Counted from the stretch's first letter, positions 26,530 to 40,345 are shown. The stretch: DNA of 64,000 nucleotides from Actinomycetes bacterium (GCA_025360225.1 JANYCN010000029.1:36792-100791); one strand, 5' to 3'. Numbers and translations are program-made. The notes: generated by a model not told the origin, from the letters alone.

Positions 26530-26769
26530 GTGTCGGCAGCGGAGCTCAGACCTCTAGCGTTGCGTACCGCGTGCGCTGCCGAGGTCATGCGGTTGGTGGC
26601 CTTGGCCTGCGTGCTCGCCGCGGCGCGCGCGACGACGATGGCACGGTTGGCGCGGCCCCGGGTCGCATCGTGCCCCCGACCTCCGCGTACCGAAGGGTAC
26701 GGATGGCGCCGCGCGCCGGCCGGGCAGTGCCCGCCTCGCAGGCTTCCGCGGCTGGCATTCTGTCCGGTG

Positions 26770-28166
26770 ATGCTTGAGGCGGTCGACATGCACGATCCGT
26801 CGAGGGTTGCGGCCGTCGTTGGTGACCGGGCGTTGACCTACGCGGCGCTCCGCGCTGCGGCCGATGGCTTCGGCGCGTCGTTGGTCGGCCACCGGCGCAT
26901 TGCGGTGATCGCCGAGCCGGCGCTCGAGACGATCGTCGCCATCGTTGGCGCGATTCGCGCTGGCGTCGCCGTCGTTCCGGTCAATCCGGGCGCAGGCTCA
27001 ACGGAGCTGGAGCACGTGCTCGGCGACTGCCATCCCGACCTGGTCGTCAGGCCGGGTGACGTTGACCTCCACGCGTCGGCGGCTGCCCCACCGATCGGGC
27101 CAGCCGATTCGATCGCCGCGCTCGTCGTCTACACCTCCGGTACCACGGGCCCGCCGAAGGGCGTCGTGCTCTCCCACGGTGCGTTGCGCGCGAACGTCGA
27201 CGCGATCGCCTCGACGTGGGCGTGGACCTGCGCGGACACCGTGGCGCACTGCCTGCCGCTGTTCCACGTCCACGGGCTCGTGCTCGGCACGCTCGCGCCC
27301 CTGCGGCTCGGCGGGGTGACACAGCACCTGGGCCGGTTCTCGGTTGACGGGCTCGCGGCCGCGGCGCGGTCGGGCGCGACGATGATCTTCGGTGTGCCCA
27401 CCATGTGGTCGCGCGTTGCCGATGCGGTTGAGGTAGACCCCGCGATGGCGTCGTCGATCGCGGCGGCGCGCCTGCTCGTCTCCGGCTCGGCCGCCCTTCC
27501 GCTCTCCGTCCACCAGCGCCTCACGGCCACCCTTGGGCGGCGCGTCGTGGAGCGCTACGGGATGACGGAGACGCTCTTCTCAACGGCCGAGGCCGCCGGG
27601 ACAGCGGCGCCACCGGGATCGGTCGGGCCGCCGCTGCCGATCGTCGAGCTGCGCCTCGTCGACGACGAAGGCACGCCGCTCGATGCCACCGACGCGCAGG
27701 CGATCGGCGAGGTCCAGGTCCGCGGTGCCTCGATGTTCGACGGGTACCTCCGACAGCCCGAGGCGACGGCTGCAGCCCACACCGCCGACGGGTGGTTCAA
27801 GACCGGTGACGTCGGCACGATCCGTGCTGACGGCTCGCTCCGCCTGCTCGGGCGCAAGGCGTCCGACCTGATCAAGAGCGGCGGCTACCGGATCGGCGCG
27901 GGAGAGATCGAGACCTGCCTGCTCGATCACCCCGACGTCGCCGAGGTCGCGGTCACCGGCGAGCCCGACGACGACCTCGGCGAGCGGATCGTTGCCTGGG
28001 TCGTCGTCCGGGACGGGCGAGCGCCCACCTCCGAGGCGCTGATCGCCCACGTCGGCGCCGCACTGGCACACCACAAACGTCCCCGGGAGATCCGGTTCCT
28101 CGCGGAGCTCCCACGAACGCCGCTCGGCAAGGTCGTCAAGCGCTCGCTTCGTGGCACCCTAACGGC

Positions 28167-28170
<4 letters not shown>
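26770..28170 (+). CDS. AMP-dependent acyl-CoA synthetase/ligase (malonyl/medium-chain type)
   Basis: AMP-binding motif VVYTSGTTGPPKGV. GDVGTIRADGSLRLLGRKASDLIKSGGYRIG. C-terminal Lys context PRTPLGKVVK. An alternative ATG is at 26788. Confidence 0.88.
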
Positions 28171-31970
<3,800 letters not shown>

Positions 31971-31974
<4 letters not shown>

Positions 31975-32636
31975 ACGATCCCCTGACGCACGGCGTACAC
32001 CGCGGCCTGGATCCGGTTGTCGATCTGCAGCTTCATCAGGATGTTCGAGATGTGGTTCTTCACGGTCTTCGGGCTGATCTGCAGGTGTCCGGCGATGTCG
32101 GCGTTCTCAAGGCCCTCTGCCACGAGCTTGAGCACGTCGAGCTCCCGCGCGGAGAGCTGCGTGGCGTGGCGCCCGACCGGCGCGTGCTCGGGCACCTGTG
32201 CCTGACCGCGGACGTGCCCGAGAAGCCGGTTCGCGATCGTCGAGGAGATCAACGCGTCGCCGACAGCGGCGGCGCGGATGCCGGCGATCAGCTCCTCGAT
32301 CGACGCGCTCTTCAAGAGGTATCCCGATGCTCCGGCAACGATCGCGTCGACGACGTCGCTCGCGTCGTCGGACACCGTTAGCACGAGCACGCTCGTCTTC
32401 GGGGATTGGGCGACGATCTCGCGCGTCGCGTCGACGCCGCCGAGTCCCGGCATCGAGAGATCCATCACCACCACGTCCGGCGCGTGCTCGTGCACGCTGC
32501 GTAGCGCACCCTCGCCTGTCGCTGCCTCGGCGACGACCCGGATCGGGCCGTTCTCCTCTAGCAGGTGGCGCAGCGCAGTACGGAACATGTCGTGGTCGTC
32601 GGCCAGGACGACCCGGAGCTCGACGCCCGCGTCCAC
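31971..32636 (-). CDS. NarL/FixJ-type response regulator (REC + LuxR HTH)
   Basis: Receiver domain with phospho-acceptor context [10 protein letters not shown]. Lux[44 protein letters not shown]. Confidence 0.9.
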
Positions 32637-32719
32637 ACGTCACATACTACCGGCCGCCCGCCGCTGTGAGGTGTCGACACGGCGCGGGCGTGGGGCGCGC
32701 GCGGCTACGCTCTTCCGTC

Positions 32720-34552
32720 ATGAGCTCCGAGATGCACGCTGGGTCGGCGGTCGTTAGCTGGGTCTCGACGATGGCGGCGCTCTGCGAGCCCGCGGACGTC
32801 GTGTGGTGCGACGGTTCAGACGAGGAGTACGCCCGTCTCTGCGAGGAGATGGTGGCGGCCGGGACGTTCGTTCGCCTGAGCGCCGAGCTGCGGCCGAACT
32901 CGTTCCTGTGCCGCTCGGATCCCGGCGATGTGGCACGCGTGGAGGATCGAACGTTCATCTGCTCGGTGTCGCCGGGCGACGCGGGGCCGACGAACAACTG
33001 GGTCGCGCCACGGGAGATGAAGGACCGCCTCGAACCGCTCTTTCGCGGATCGATGCGTGGCCGCACGATGTACGTGATCCCGTTCTCGATGGGGCCGATC
33101 GGCTCGCCGATCGCGCACGTTGGCGTGCAGGTGAGCGACTCGCCCTACGTCGTGGTGAGCATGCGGATCATGACGCGCATGGGCTCGGCGGTGCTCGAGT
33201 CGCTCGGCGACGGCGACTTCGTCCGGTGCCTCCACAGCGTCGGTGCGCCGCTCGATGACGGCGCGGCGGACGCGTCGTGGCCGTGCAACGCCGAGCAGAA
33301 GTTCATCTCGCACTTCCCGGAAGAGCGCGCCATCTGGTCGTACGGGTCGGGGTACGGCGGCAACGCGCTGCTCGGCAAGAAGTGCTTCGCGTTGCGGATC
33401 GCCTCGGTGCTGGCCCGGGACGAGGGGTGGCTGGCCGAGCACATGTTGATCCAGGGCGTCGAGTCGCCGGATGGCCGTCGATCATACGTCGCGGCGGCCT
33501 TCCCGAGCGCCTGCGGCAAGACGAACTTCGCGATGCTGATCCCGCCCGACCAGCTGCGCGACGACGGCTGGAAGGTGACGACCGTCGGCGACGACATCGC
33601 ATGGATTAAGCCGGGAGAGAACGGTCGTCTCTATGCGATCAACCCGGAGAACGGCATGTTCGGTGTCGCGCCAGGTACCGGATACGCGACGAACCCGAAC
33701 GCGATGGCGGCGATCCGGGAGAACGCGATCTTCACCAACGTCGCCCTCACCGACGACGGCGACGTGTGGTGGGAGGGCATGACCGACGAGCCCCCGGCGC
33801 ACCTCGTCGACTGGCGCGGGCAGGACTGGACGCCCACCTCGGGTCGTCCCGCTGCACATCCGAACGCGCGCTTCACGGCGCCGCTCTCCCAGATCCCCTC
33901 GATCGACCCGCTGTTCGACGACCCGCAGGGCGTACCGATCGCGGCACTGGTGTTCGGTGGGCGCCGCTCGCGCACCGTGCCGCTCGTCTACCAGGCGTTC
34001 AACTGGAACTACGGCGTCTACCTCGCTGCGACGATGGGCTCGGAGACGACCGCCGCCGCCGCTGGCGCCACCGGCGAGGTGCGCCGCGACCCGTTTGCGA
34101 TGCTGCCGTTCTGCGGCTACCACATGGCCGACTACTTCACGCACTGGCTCGATTTCGGCCGCCAGCTCCCGAACCCGCCGCGGATCTTCTCGGTCAACTG
34201 GTTTCGCAAGGGCGATGACGGTCGCTACCTGTGGCCGGGGTACGGCGAGAACATGCGGGTGCTGCAGTGGATCGTCGGCCGCGCGCGGGGAACGGCGCAG
34301 TCGATCGAGAGCCCGCTCGGCTGGGTGCCGCGCTACGAGGACCTCGACTGGCGTGGGCTCGAGTTCTCGCCGCGCCAGTTCGATGACGTGATGAGCATCG
34401 ACCGCGAGGTCTGGCAAGACGAGATCTCGAGCCACGACCGCCTGTTCGTGCGTCTCTACGACAAGCTGCCGAAGGAGTTCATCCTCCTGCGCGAGCTGAT
34501 CCTCTCCTCGCTGTGGCGGGCGCCGAGCCACTGGCACGTCGACGAGGAGTGA
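32720..34552 (+). CDS. pckG: Phosphoenolpyruvate carboxykinase (GTP)
   Basis: The N-terminus aligns with actinobacterial PckG (...[24 protein letters not shown]...). Kinase-1a motif FPSACGKTN. The ORF-track start at 32198 was trimmed. Confidence 0.95.
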   Translation: MSSEMHAGSAVVSWVSTMAALCEPADVVWCDGSDEEYARLCEEMVAAGTFVRLSAELRPNSFLCRSDPGDVARVEDRTFICSVSPGDAGPTNNWVAPREMKDRLEPLFRGSMRGRTMYVIPFSMGPIGSPIAHVGVQVSDSPYVVVSMRIMTRMGSAVLESLGDGDFVRCLHSVGAPLDDGAADASWPCNAEQKFISHFPEERAIWSYGSGYGGNALLGKKCFALRIASVLARDEGWLAEHMLIQGVESPDGRRSYVAAAFPSACGKTNFAMLIPPDQLRDDGWKVTTVGDDIAWIKPGENGRLYAINPENGMFGVAPGTGYATNPNAMAAIRENAIFTNVALTDDGDVWWEGMTDEPPAHLVDWRGQDWTPTSGRPAAHPNARFTAPLSQIPSIDPLFDDPQGVPIAALVFGGRRSRTVPLVYQAFNWNYGVYLAATMGSETTAAAAGATGEVRRDPFAMLPFCGYHMADYFTHWLDFGRQLPNPPRIFSVNWFRKGDDGRYLWPGYGENMRVLQWIVGRARGTAQSIESPLGWVPRYEDLDWRGLEFSPRQFDDVMSIDREVWQDEISSHDRLFVRLYDKLPKEFILLRELILSSLWRAPSHWHVDEE

Positions 34553-34579
34553 TCGCCGCCCGGCTGCGTGGCCGGCTGC

Positions 34580-35566
34580 TCAGAACGACAGCGTCAGGTG
34601 CTGGCTGCCCCAGCTGTTCGCCTCGGCGTCCGTGTTGAACCACACGTCGACCCAGTTGCCCTTGATGTCGCCGCCGGTGTCTGCGGCGACGCACTCGCCG
34701 TACCCGGGAACCGTGAACCGTGTCCCCATCGGGATCACCCGCGGATCGGTCGCGCAGACGCCGGGTCGGGTCTGGATCCCCGTTGCCGTGGTGCCGTGGT
34801 CGGAGTACGCGGTGACGCGGAAGGTGCCGGACGGTCCGCCGCCGGTCGTGCCGCCACCGCCTGGTGGCGGCCGCGTGCCGCCTCCGAGGTGGCTTCCCTT
34901 CTCCTCTGCGGCGGCAGCGGCGGCGTCGAGCGCGGCGATGCGGGCGCCCGCGAGATGCACGCTCCGCCGCAGCTCGTGGAGCAGTGCCGCTTTCGCGGCA
35001 CGGGCCTGATCCAGGCGCCTCGACGTGTCGCGCGCCGCCGCCAGGGCGCGGGCGAGACGGCGACGCGCCCGCGTCAGGTTGCGCGTTGCAGTGGTCGCCG
35101 ACCGCAGCGCAGAGGTGACCGCAGCGACGGTCGTCGCGTCCTGCTCCGTCACGCGCTGAACGATGGAGGCGCGGTCGAGGACGTCGGCCAGGGAGCTCGC
35201 CGACAGGACGACCGCGAGCCCGTCGATCGGCCCGGTGCGATAGCTCGCACGCAGCCGCTCGGCGAGGACCGTGCGGGCACGACGCACGTTCGTCTCGCTC
35301 AGCCGCAGGAGGCGCTGGCTCTCGTCGACACCAAGCTGTTGCGCGTGTGCCTCGCGGGTGAGGCGGGTGACGGCATCGCGGCTTCGCGCGAGCGCGGCAT
35401 CGGCCGCGAAGAGTTCAAGCAACGCACGCGACTCGGCGTCACGGAGGTGGCCGACCTGGCTGCGAAGCGTCACGCGCCGGTCAGCACCGTTCGAGACCGC
35501 CGTGAGCGCGAGCGCAGCGCCGGCGCCGAGCAGGGCTGCGCGCGTGAGGAGGGCTGTGCGCGCCAC
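34580..35566 (-). CDS. Secreted coiled-coil protein with C-terminal 3D (MltA/RlpA-like) domain
   Basis: Signal peptide, a long Ala/Arg/Leu coiled-coil region, a Gly/Pro linker, and a C-terminal TAYSDHGTTATG...DPRVIPMGT...AADTGGDIKGNWVDVW 3D-domain pattern. Confidence 0.8.
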   Translation of the reverse strand: MARTALLTRAALLGAGAALALTAVSNGADRRVTLRSQVGHLRDAESRALLELFAADAALARSRDAVTRLTREAHAQQLGVDESQRLLRLSETNVRRARTVLAERLRASYRTGPIDGLAVVLSASSLADVLDRASIVQRVTEQDATTVAAVTSALRSATTATRNLTRARRRLARALAAARDTSRRLDQARAAKAALLHELRRSVHLAGARIAALDAAAAAAEEKGSHLGGGTRPPPGGGGTTGGGPSGTFRVTAYSDHGTTATGIQTRPGVCATDPRVIPMGTRFTVPGYGECVAADTGGDIKGNWVDVWFNTDAEANSWGSQHLTLSF

Positions 35567-35578
35567 GGCGCCACCGTA

Positions 35579-36373
35579 TCACGGCGTCGAGGATGCGAGC
35601 GAGAACGTGATGCCCGCATGCTCGAGCCACGCCAGCGTCGTGGCGGTCGGGGCGGCGTGGGTTGTCACGTTGCGAAACCCGCGCGGCAACCCGCCGCGAG
35701 CGACGCGACGGGCGACCCCTGGATGCCGGCGAAGCAGCGCCCGCCAGCCAGGCTCGGTTCCCGATCGCCGTGCGATCGCGGTCGCGAGGTCATCGAGCTG
35801 GTGTGGCGTCGCGAGCGCCGCCACGGCATCGAACCGGGTCACCGTCGCCTCGATCCCGACACCGGCGAACGGGTCGACGAGGCACAGCGTCGCTCCGTCG
35901 ATGATCGCCTGGTCGCGCGCTGCACGGATGGCGGCCGTTGAGATCGGGGCCAGCACGACGACGCGGCCGGCCCACGTCGCAGACGCGTCGCGTGCCGCAG
36001 TCTCCGGCAGGGCGATCGCCTCTCCGGCTGACCCGCTGCGCGCGGCCCAGGCGATGCCGCGGGCTGCGAGCAGGTCGAGCGGGGTGGATGACCCGTCGTC
36101 TGCCCGCAACGCCAGCGCGCCAGACGATCCGATGAACGCGAGGGAGTCGACGCCGATCTCGTGTGTCAGCGTGACGTCGAGCCGTGCGAGGCGCGCGCCA
36201 AGCTCGACGACCAGGCAGTCAAGGGTGGGTCGATCGGGGATCGCGATAGCCGAGCCTGGCTCGGTCCCGCGCGCCGCGAGCCCGTTGGCGACCTCGAGGG
36301 CACGTCGGTACAGGGTGCTCGCCTCGACCTGCGACGTCCGTTCGAGCACGGCGACGTGCGTGCCCGCGACCAA
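35579..36373 (-). CDS. Hypothetical protein; degenerate adenylate-forming-enzyme-like N-terminal domain
   Basis: High GC3 on the minus strand. TLYRRALEVANGLAARG...PGSAIAI and ARSGSAGEAIAL resemble AMP-binding enzymes but lack the TSGTTGxPKG Lys. TTG start. Confidence 0.55.
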   Translation of the reverse strand: MVAGTHVAVLERTSQVEASTLYRRALEVANGLAARGTEPGSAIAIPDRPTLDCLVVELGARLARLDVTLTHEIGVDSLAFIGSSGALALRADDGSSTPLDLLAARGIAWAARSGSAGEAIALPETAARDASATWAGRVVVLAPISTAAIRAARDQAIIDGATLCLVDPFAGVGIEATVTRFDAVAALATPHQLDDLATAIARRSGTEPGWRALLRRHPGVARRVARGGLPRGFRNVTTHAAPTATTLAWLEHAGITFSLASSTP

Positions 36374-36416
36374 GGCTTGGGCGATTCGCCGCGTGGACGT
36401 GTGAGCGAGCGGCGTG

Positions 36417-36590
36417 TCAGCCGGCAGCGGTTAGCTCGCGGTCATGCTCCTCGCGTGCGACGGTGAACAGCTGACGGTCGATCTTGCCGTGGTAGATCGG
36501 CACGTGCTCCTCGACACAGAGCCGGATCACGTCCTTCGTGTTGAGCCCGAACTCCTGCGCGACCTCGTCAGGGGTGAGGTGGTTCGCCAT
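36417..36590 (-). CDS. Small helix-turn-helix (excisionase/MerR-like) DNA-binding protein, 57 aa
   Basis: Not in the ORF track. MANHLTPDEVAQEFGLNTKDVIRLCVEEHVPIYHGKIDRQLF.... High GC3. It replaces the antisense ORF 36444..36884. Confidence 0.55.
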   Translation of the reverse strand: MANHLTPDEVAQEFGLNTKDVIRLCVEEHVPIYHGKIDRQLFTVAREEHDRELTAAG

Positions 36591-36624
36591 GTCGTGCGCC
36601 TCCTGTCGTCCGCTCGTTGCTCCC

Positions 36625-36664
36625 CGGAAACACGAAACCCACCGCGCGTCAGACGCCGGTGGGC
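36625..36664 (-). terminator. Intrinsic terminator downstream of the oxidoreductase gene
   Basis: A 10-bp GC-rich stem (CCCACCG.GCG / CGC CGGTGGG) followed on the minus strand by TTTCGTGTTTCC. Confidence 0.5.
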
Positions 36665-36793
36665 TCCAAGATCCGTTCGGGCTGCGTGGCCGTGCGGCGC
36701 AATCCGCTCAGCCCCGGTTCCCGATGCGATCCATGACCGAACGGTAGCACCCCCTGTGGACGGCTGCAACGCCGTGTTCCTCCCCTGGCGCCG

Positions 36794-37837
36794 TCAGGCG
36801 GGAGGCGGCACCAGCACGATCTTGCCGAGGTGCGCCTTGCCGGCGAACACCTCCTGCGCCTGCGCGATCTCCTCCATCGGGTAGACCGCCGAGACCGGCG
36901 GGACGAGCAGACCTTTCTCGAGGTACGCCACCACGCGCTCGAAGACGCCGGCGTCCTGGGTCGTCGCGCCGTGCAGGACGATGTCGCGCAGGTAGAGCGT
37001 GCGGAGGTCGAGCTCGACCAGCGGGCCCGCGATCGCGCCGGAGGCGGCGTAGCGCCCGCGCGGCCGGAGACGTTCGAGCAACGCGGGCCACGTTGGGCCG
37101 CCGACGAGGTCGATCACGACGTCGACGGACTGCGGTGCGACCGCGCTGCTGACGGCGTCTCGATCGACCGTCGAGGCGCCGGGGACGATCCCGAGGAACG
37201 CCGGAGCCTTCGCGGCCGCGACGACCGCGACGACCTCGCAGCCGCGGAGCGTCGCCAGCTGGGCCGCGGCGAGCCCGACGCCGCCGGAGGCGCCGGTCAC
37301 GAGCACCCGCTCGCCCGCCATCGCGCCGGCGCGGGTGAGGAGGTTCTCGGCCGTCCCGTAGGCGCAGGGGACGGCTGCCAGCTCGACGTCGGTGCGAGGA
37401 CCGCCGACCGGGTAGGTGTCGGCAGCGGGGGCACGGACGTACTGGGCGAAGGCGCCGTCGACCTCCGAGCCGAGCCAGGGCGCTACGCCGTCGAGAGCGC
37501 GGGAACGCAGGCACCCCTGGACGATCACGCGTCGACCGAGGAGCGCCGCCTGGACGTCGACACCGACCGCGACGACGTGCCCGCAGACGTCCGCGCCCTG
37601 GATCCGCGGGGACGCGATCGCCCCCGCCCAGCCGCCGTCATCGCCGTCTGCCGAGGCATACCAGCCGCTCCTGGTGTTGAGGTCGGTGTTGTTGACGCCG
37701 GCTGCGGCAACGCGGATCAGCACCTCATCGTGGCCAGGCTCGTCCACCGACAGGTCGCGCCGGTGAACGAGCATCTCCGGCCCGCCGTGGCTGACGAGCT
37801 GGACGCCGTACATGACGCCGGGAACGTTCGTGCTCAT
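36794..37837 (-). CDS. Zn-independent medium-chain dehydrogenase/reductase (quinone oxidoreductase-like)
   Basis: GVNNTDLNTRSG and the NAD(P) motif VTGASGGVGLAAAQLA. Start ATG 37837 (alternative 37813). The ORF-track start at 37879 lies inside the MITE. Confidence 0.85.
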   Translation of the reverse strand: MSTNVPGVMYGVQLVSHGGPEMLVHRRDLSVDEPGHDEVLIRVAAAGVNNTDLNTRSGWYASADGDDGGWAGAIASPRIQGADVCGHVVAVGVDVQAALLGRRVIVQGCLRSRALDGVAPWLGSEVDGAFAQYVRAPAADTYPVGGPRTDVELAAVPCAYGTAENLLTRAGAMAGERVLVTGASGGVGLAAAQLATLRGCEVVAVVAAAKAPAFLGIVPGASTVDRDAVSSAVAPQSVDVVIDLVGGPTWPALLERLRPRGRYAASGAIAGPLVELDLRTLYLRDIVLHGATTQDAGVFERVVAYLEKGLLVPPVSAVYPMEEIAQAQEVFAGKAHLGKIVLVPPPA

Positions 37838-37847
37838 GCAGGCAAGA

Positions 37848-38185
37848 CTAGTGGTCTGATTGTGAAATGGCGTGGTCATCCGACTGCCTGGATCGTCCTG
37901 CGCTTGTCGGCTCTGGCACCCGTCGGGTGGCTACGCCGCTCAGCTCCGGCGACCACGATCCGGCCCGCTCAGCTCCGGCTTCGCGGGAACGTCGCGCGCC
38001 GCTTGCACTTAGCGTGTCAAGGCCTTCGCCTTGACACGCGTGCGAGCGGGCGTGCTATCCAGCACGCCCGCGATCAGCAAGCCCTGCGCGACGCGCAACG
38101 CTCCCGCTCGCTCCAGACACTCAATGACCATGGCGCGTTCATCGAGACGCCCGATGACCATGCCATTTGACAATCACACCACCAG
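37848..38185. mobile_element. MITE copy A (338 bp, non-coding, ~44-nt terminal inverted repeats, CTAG/CCAG flanks)
   Basis: Left end CTAGTGGTCTGATTGTGAAATGGCGTGGTCATCCGACTGCCTGG. Right end ...GATGACCATGCCATTTGACAATCACACCACCAG. The body is alignable with the reverse complement of 55372-55652. Internal hairpins GTGTCAAGG/CCTTGACAC and GCGGGCGTGCT/AGCACGCCCGC. Confidence 0.85.
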
Positions 38186-38253
38186 ACGGACACCGATCTG
38201 GCGAGCGGTCGCGATCAGACGACCAGCGTCCCGGATCATCCGCGCCGTCGCCA

Positions 38254-38335
38254 TGCCCAGGGCGGGACTCGAACCCGCACGCCTCTCGGCCGCCGATTTT
38301 AAGTCGGCCGCGTCTGCCAGTTCCGCCACCCGGGC
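38254..38335 (-). tRNA. tRNA-Leu (anticodon UAA)
   Basis: Hand-folded cloverleaf. Acceptor GCCCGGG/CCTGGGC, anticodon stem GCCGA/TCGGC with loop CTTAAAA, long variable arm, T-arm GCGGG TTCGAGT CCCGC. Confidence 0.92.
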
Positions 38336-38343
38336 GAGCGCTC

Positions 38344-39261
38344 TCAGGGTACAGGACGGGCGAGCGCGAGCGCGGTGCCGTGCAGGATGTCGCGAACCGA
38401 CACCGTGAAGCTCGTGGCGCCGACGTGGCGGAGCACCTCCGCGAGAACTATGAGCCCGCCGACGATCACCGGTGCCCGCACTGGTGCCAGGCCGAGCACG
38501 CGTTGTCGTTCCTCCAGCGGAAGGGGGGACAGCGTCATGACCAACCGCTCGATCAGGTCGGCGCTGACGACGTGTCGGTCGGTCGGCCGGTCGTCGTCAC
38601 CGGTGATTCCGAGGTCGATCGCGGCGGCGGTGATCGCCGTTCCCGCTACGGCGACGACGTGGTCGCCGTGCAGGCCGTGAGCGTCCCGTGCGATCAGCTC
38701 GCGGAGCTCGGCCCGTGCGCGTGCGACGGCATCGGCGCTGATCGGCCCGGGTGCGAGCCAGCGCTCGGTGGCGCGAACGCAGCCCGCGGGCAGCGAGACG
38801 CTCCGCAGAAGCGCCCCGTCCTCGACGAGCGCGATCTCCGTCGAGCCGCCGCCGACGTCGACGACGAGCAACCGTCCTCGCTGACCCGGGCGACCGGAGA
38901 GCACCCCCGCGACCGTCATGATCGCCTCCTGGTCGCCGGAGAGGAGGGCTGCCTCGAACCCGGTCGTCTGGCGCACGCGCTCGAGGAACGCTGTCCCGTT
39001 GGCGGCATCCCGGACAGCGCTCGTCGCGATTGCCCGAACACGCGTGGCACCTTCGCTTGCCGCAATCTGCTGGTACCTGGCGAGCACCGCAAGCACCCGG
39101 TCGATCGCGCTCGTCGCAAGTGTGCCGCGAGCATCGACGCCGTCGCCGAGGCGGGTGACGTGCAGCTCTCGACGGAGCTCGCGCAGGTGTCCGTCAGTGA
39201 TCTCGGCGATCAGCAGCCGCGTGGAGTTCGTCCCGACGTCGATGGCGCCAACGCGTGCCAC
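38344..39261 (-). CDS. ppx: Exopolyphosphatase / guanosine pentaphosphate phosphohydrolase family (Ppx/GppA)
   Basis: IDVGTNSTRLLIAE phosphate-1 motif, ...VVDVGGGSTEI..., 305 aa. Confidence 0.88.
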   Translation of the reverse strand: MARVGAIDVGTNSTRLLIAEITDGHLRELRRELHVTRLGDGVDARGTLATSAIDRVLAVLARYQQIAASEGATRVRAIATSAVRDAANGTAFLERVRQTTGFEAALLSGDQEAIMTVAGVLSGRPGQRGRLLVVDVGGGSTEIALVEDGALLRSVSLPAGCVRATERWLAPGPISADAVARARAELRELIARDAHGLHGDHVVAVAGTAITAAAIDLGITGDDDRPTDRHVVSADLIERLVMTLSPLPLEERQRVLGLAPVRAPVIVGGLIVLAEVLRHVGATSFTVSVRDILHGTALALARPVP

Positions 39262-39293
39262 GCGGGCATGGTGCCCGACCGTCTGGCTACTGG

Positions 39294-39322
39294 TTGCACC
39301 GTGAGCCTCGATCCGCTATGGT
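39294..39322 (+). promoter_or_regulatory. Sigma-70/SigA-like promoter of the initiator tRNA (TTGCAC-17 nt-TATGGT)
   Basis: The hexamers were read directly. The -10 ends 11 nt before the mature tRNA 5' end. Confidence 0.55.
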
Positions 39323-39333
39323 GTATCAGCCAA

Positions 39334-39407
<74 letters not shown>

Positions 39408-39412
39408 CCTCC

Positions 39413-39450
39413 GAAGGGCGCGCGCAGATCGCGCGCGCCCTTCGTCTTTT
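39413..39450 (+). terminator. Intrinsic terminator after tRNA-fMet
   Basis: A perfect 13-bp stem GAAGGGCGCGCGC/GCGCGCGCCCTTC followed by GTCTTTT. Confidence 0.8.
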
Positions 39451-39506
39451 CCTCCCTGCTAGTCGATCTGGAGCGTGCGGCGCGCGTGAGTGGTGAACGA
39501 CCGGGA

Positions 39507-40343
39507 ATGATCGCGCTCGTTGGGCAGAGCGTCCTCGATCGCGTCAACCTCCCCTCTGGCCACTCCGATGAGCGTCTCGGTGGCGCGCCCGTGTTCGCCG
39601 GGCACGCGATCGCGTGCGACGGTCGGCAAGCCGTGATCGTCACCCGCGGCGGCACGAGCGAGCTGCGTCGTCCGCTGCACGACTACGGCCTCGAGGTCGT
39701 GGAGGGGCCGTCGCGACGCACGATCATCTCCGAGATGTGGCTGCACGAGGACGGTGAGCGCTCCGAGGCGATGTCGGCGGTTGGCGACCCGTTCACGCCG
39801 GCCGACGTCGAGACCTGGATGGCCGATGCGCTTGCCCGCTGTGAGGCAGTGGTCTGCGGCGCACAGTGGCGTGACGACTTCCCGCCCGAGACCCTGCGCG
39901 CGCTGGCGGGTGGCGGTCGCGTCGTGTACCTCGACGGGCAGGGTCCGGCGCGACCCGCGCGGCTCGGCCCGCTCGAGCTGGAGGGCCCGCTCGAGCCCGA
40001 CATGGTGACCGGCGTCTCCGTGCTCAAGCTCGGCCTGCTCGAGGCCGAGGCGTTGATCGGCGGAATCGATCCGATCGCGGCCCAGGCGACCGGCGTGCCG
40101 GTCGTCGTCGTCACCCTCGCGGAACGTGGCGCGATCGTGCTGTGGGACGGCAAGAGCTTTGAGATCGGCGTCGACCCGGTGATCGGCCTCGCCGACACTG
40201 TCGGCGCCGGCGACATGTTCCTCGCTCTGATGGCGGCGGCGGCGACGACCGGGGCGAACCCGATCGAGGCGACCCAGCGGGCGTGTGACGGGGTCTCGCG
40301 GATCCTCCGAGAACGCCTCGACCTGCAGCTCGCTACGGCGTAG
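39507..40343 (+). CDS. PfkB-family carbohydrate kinase (third copy in window)
   Basis: MIALVGQSVLDRV N-terminus. DTVGAGDMFLALMAAAA is PfkB signature 2. An alternative GTG is at 39486. Confidence 0.8.
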   Translation: MIALVGQSVLDRVNLPSGHSDERLGGAPVFAGHAIACDGRQAVIVTRGGTSELRRPLHDYGLEVVEGPSRRTIISEMWLHEDGERSEAMSAVGDPFTPADVETWMADALARCEAVVCGAQWRDDFPPETLRALAGGGRVVYLDGQGPARPARLGPLELEGPLEPDMVTGVSVLKLGLLEAEALIGGIDPIAAQATGVPVVVVTLAERGAIVLWDGKSFEIGVDPVIGLADTVGAGDMFLALMAAAATTGANPIEATQRACDGVSRILRERLDLQLATA

Positions 40344-40345
40344 GG

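Noticed and set aside
36444-36884. Plus-strand ORF of 146 aa.
   Set aside because: It is antisense to a better-supported 57-aa HTH gene (36417-36590, high GC3, plausible fold), and the rest lies in a terminator-containing intergenic region.
38031-38408. Similar peptides translated from 38031..38408, 55251..55628 and 55400..55633, which looked at first like a duplicated small gene.
   Set aside because: They are frames through the two MITE copies. The similarity follows the DNA repeat in opposite orientations, no start or RBS is conserved, and the composition is non-coding-like.
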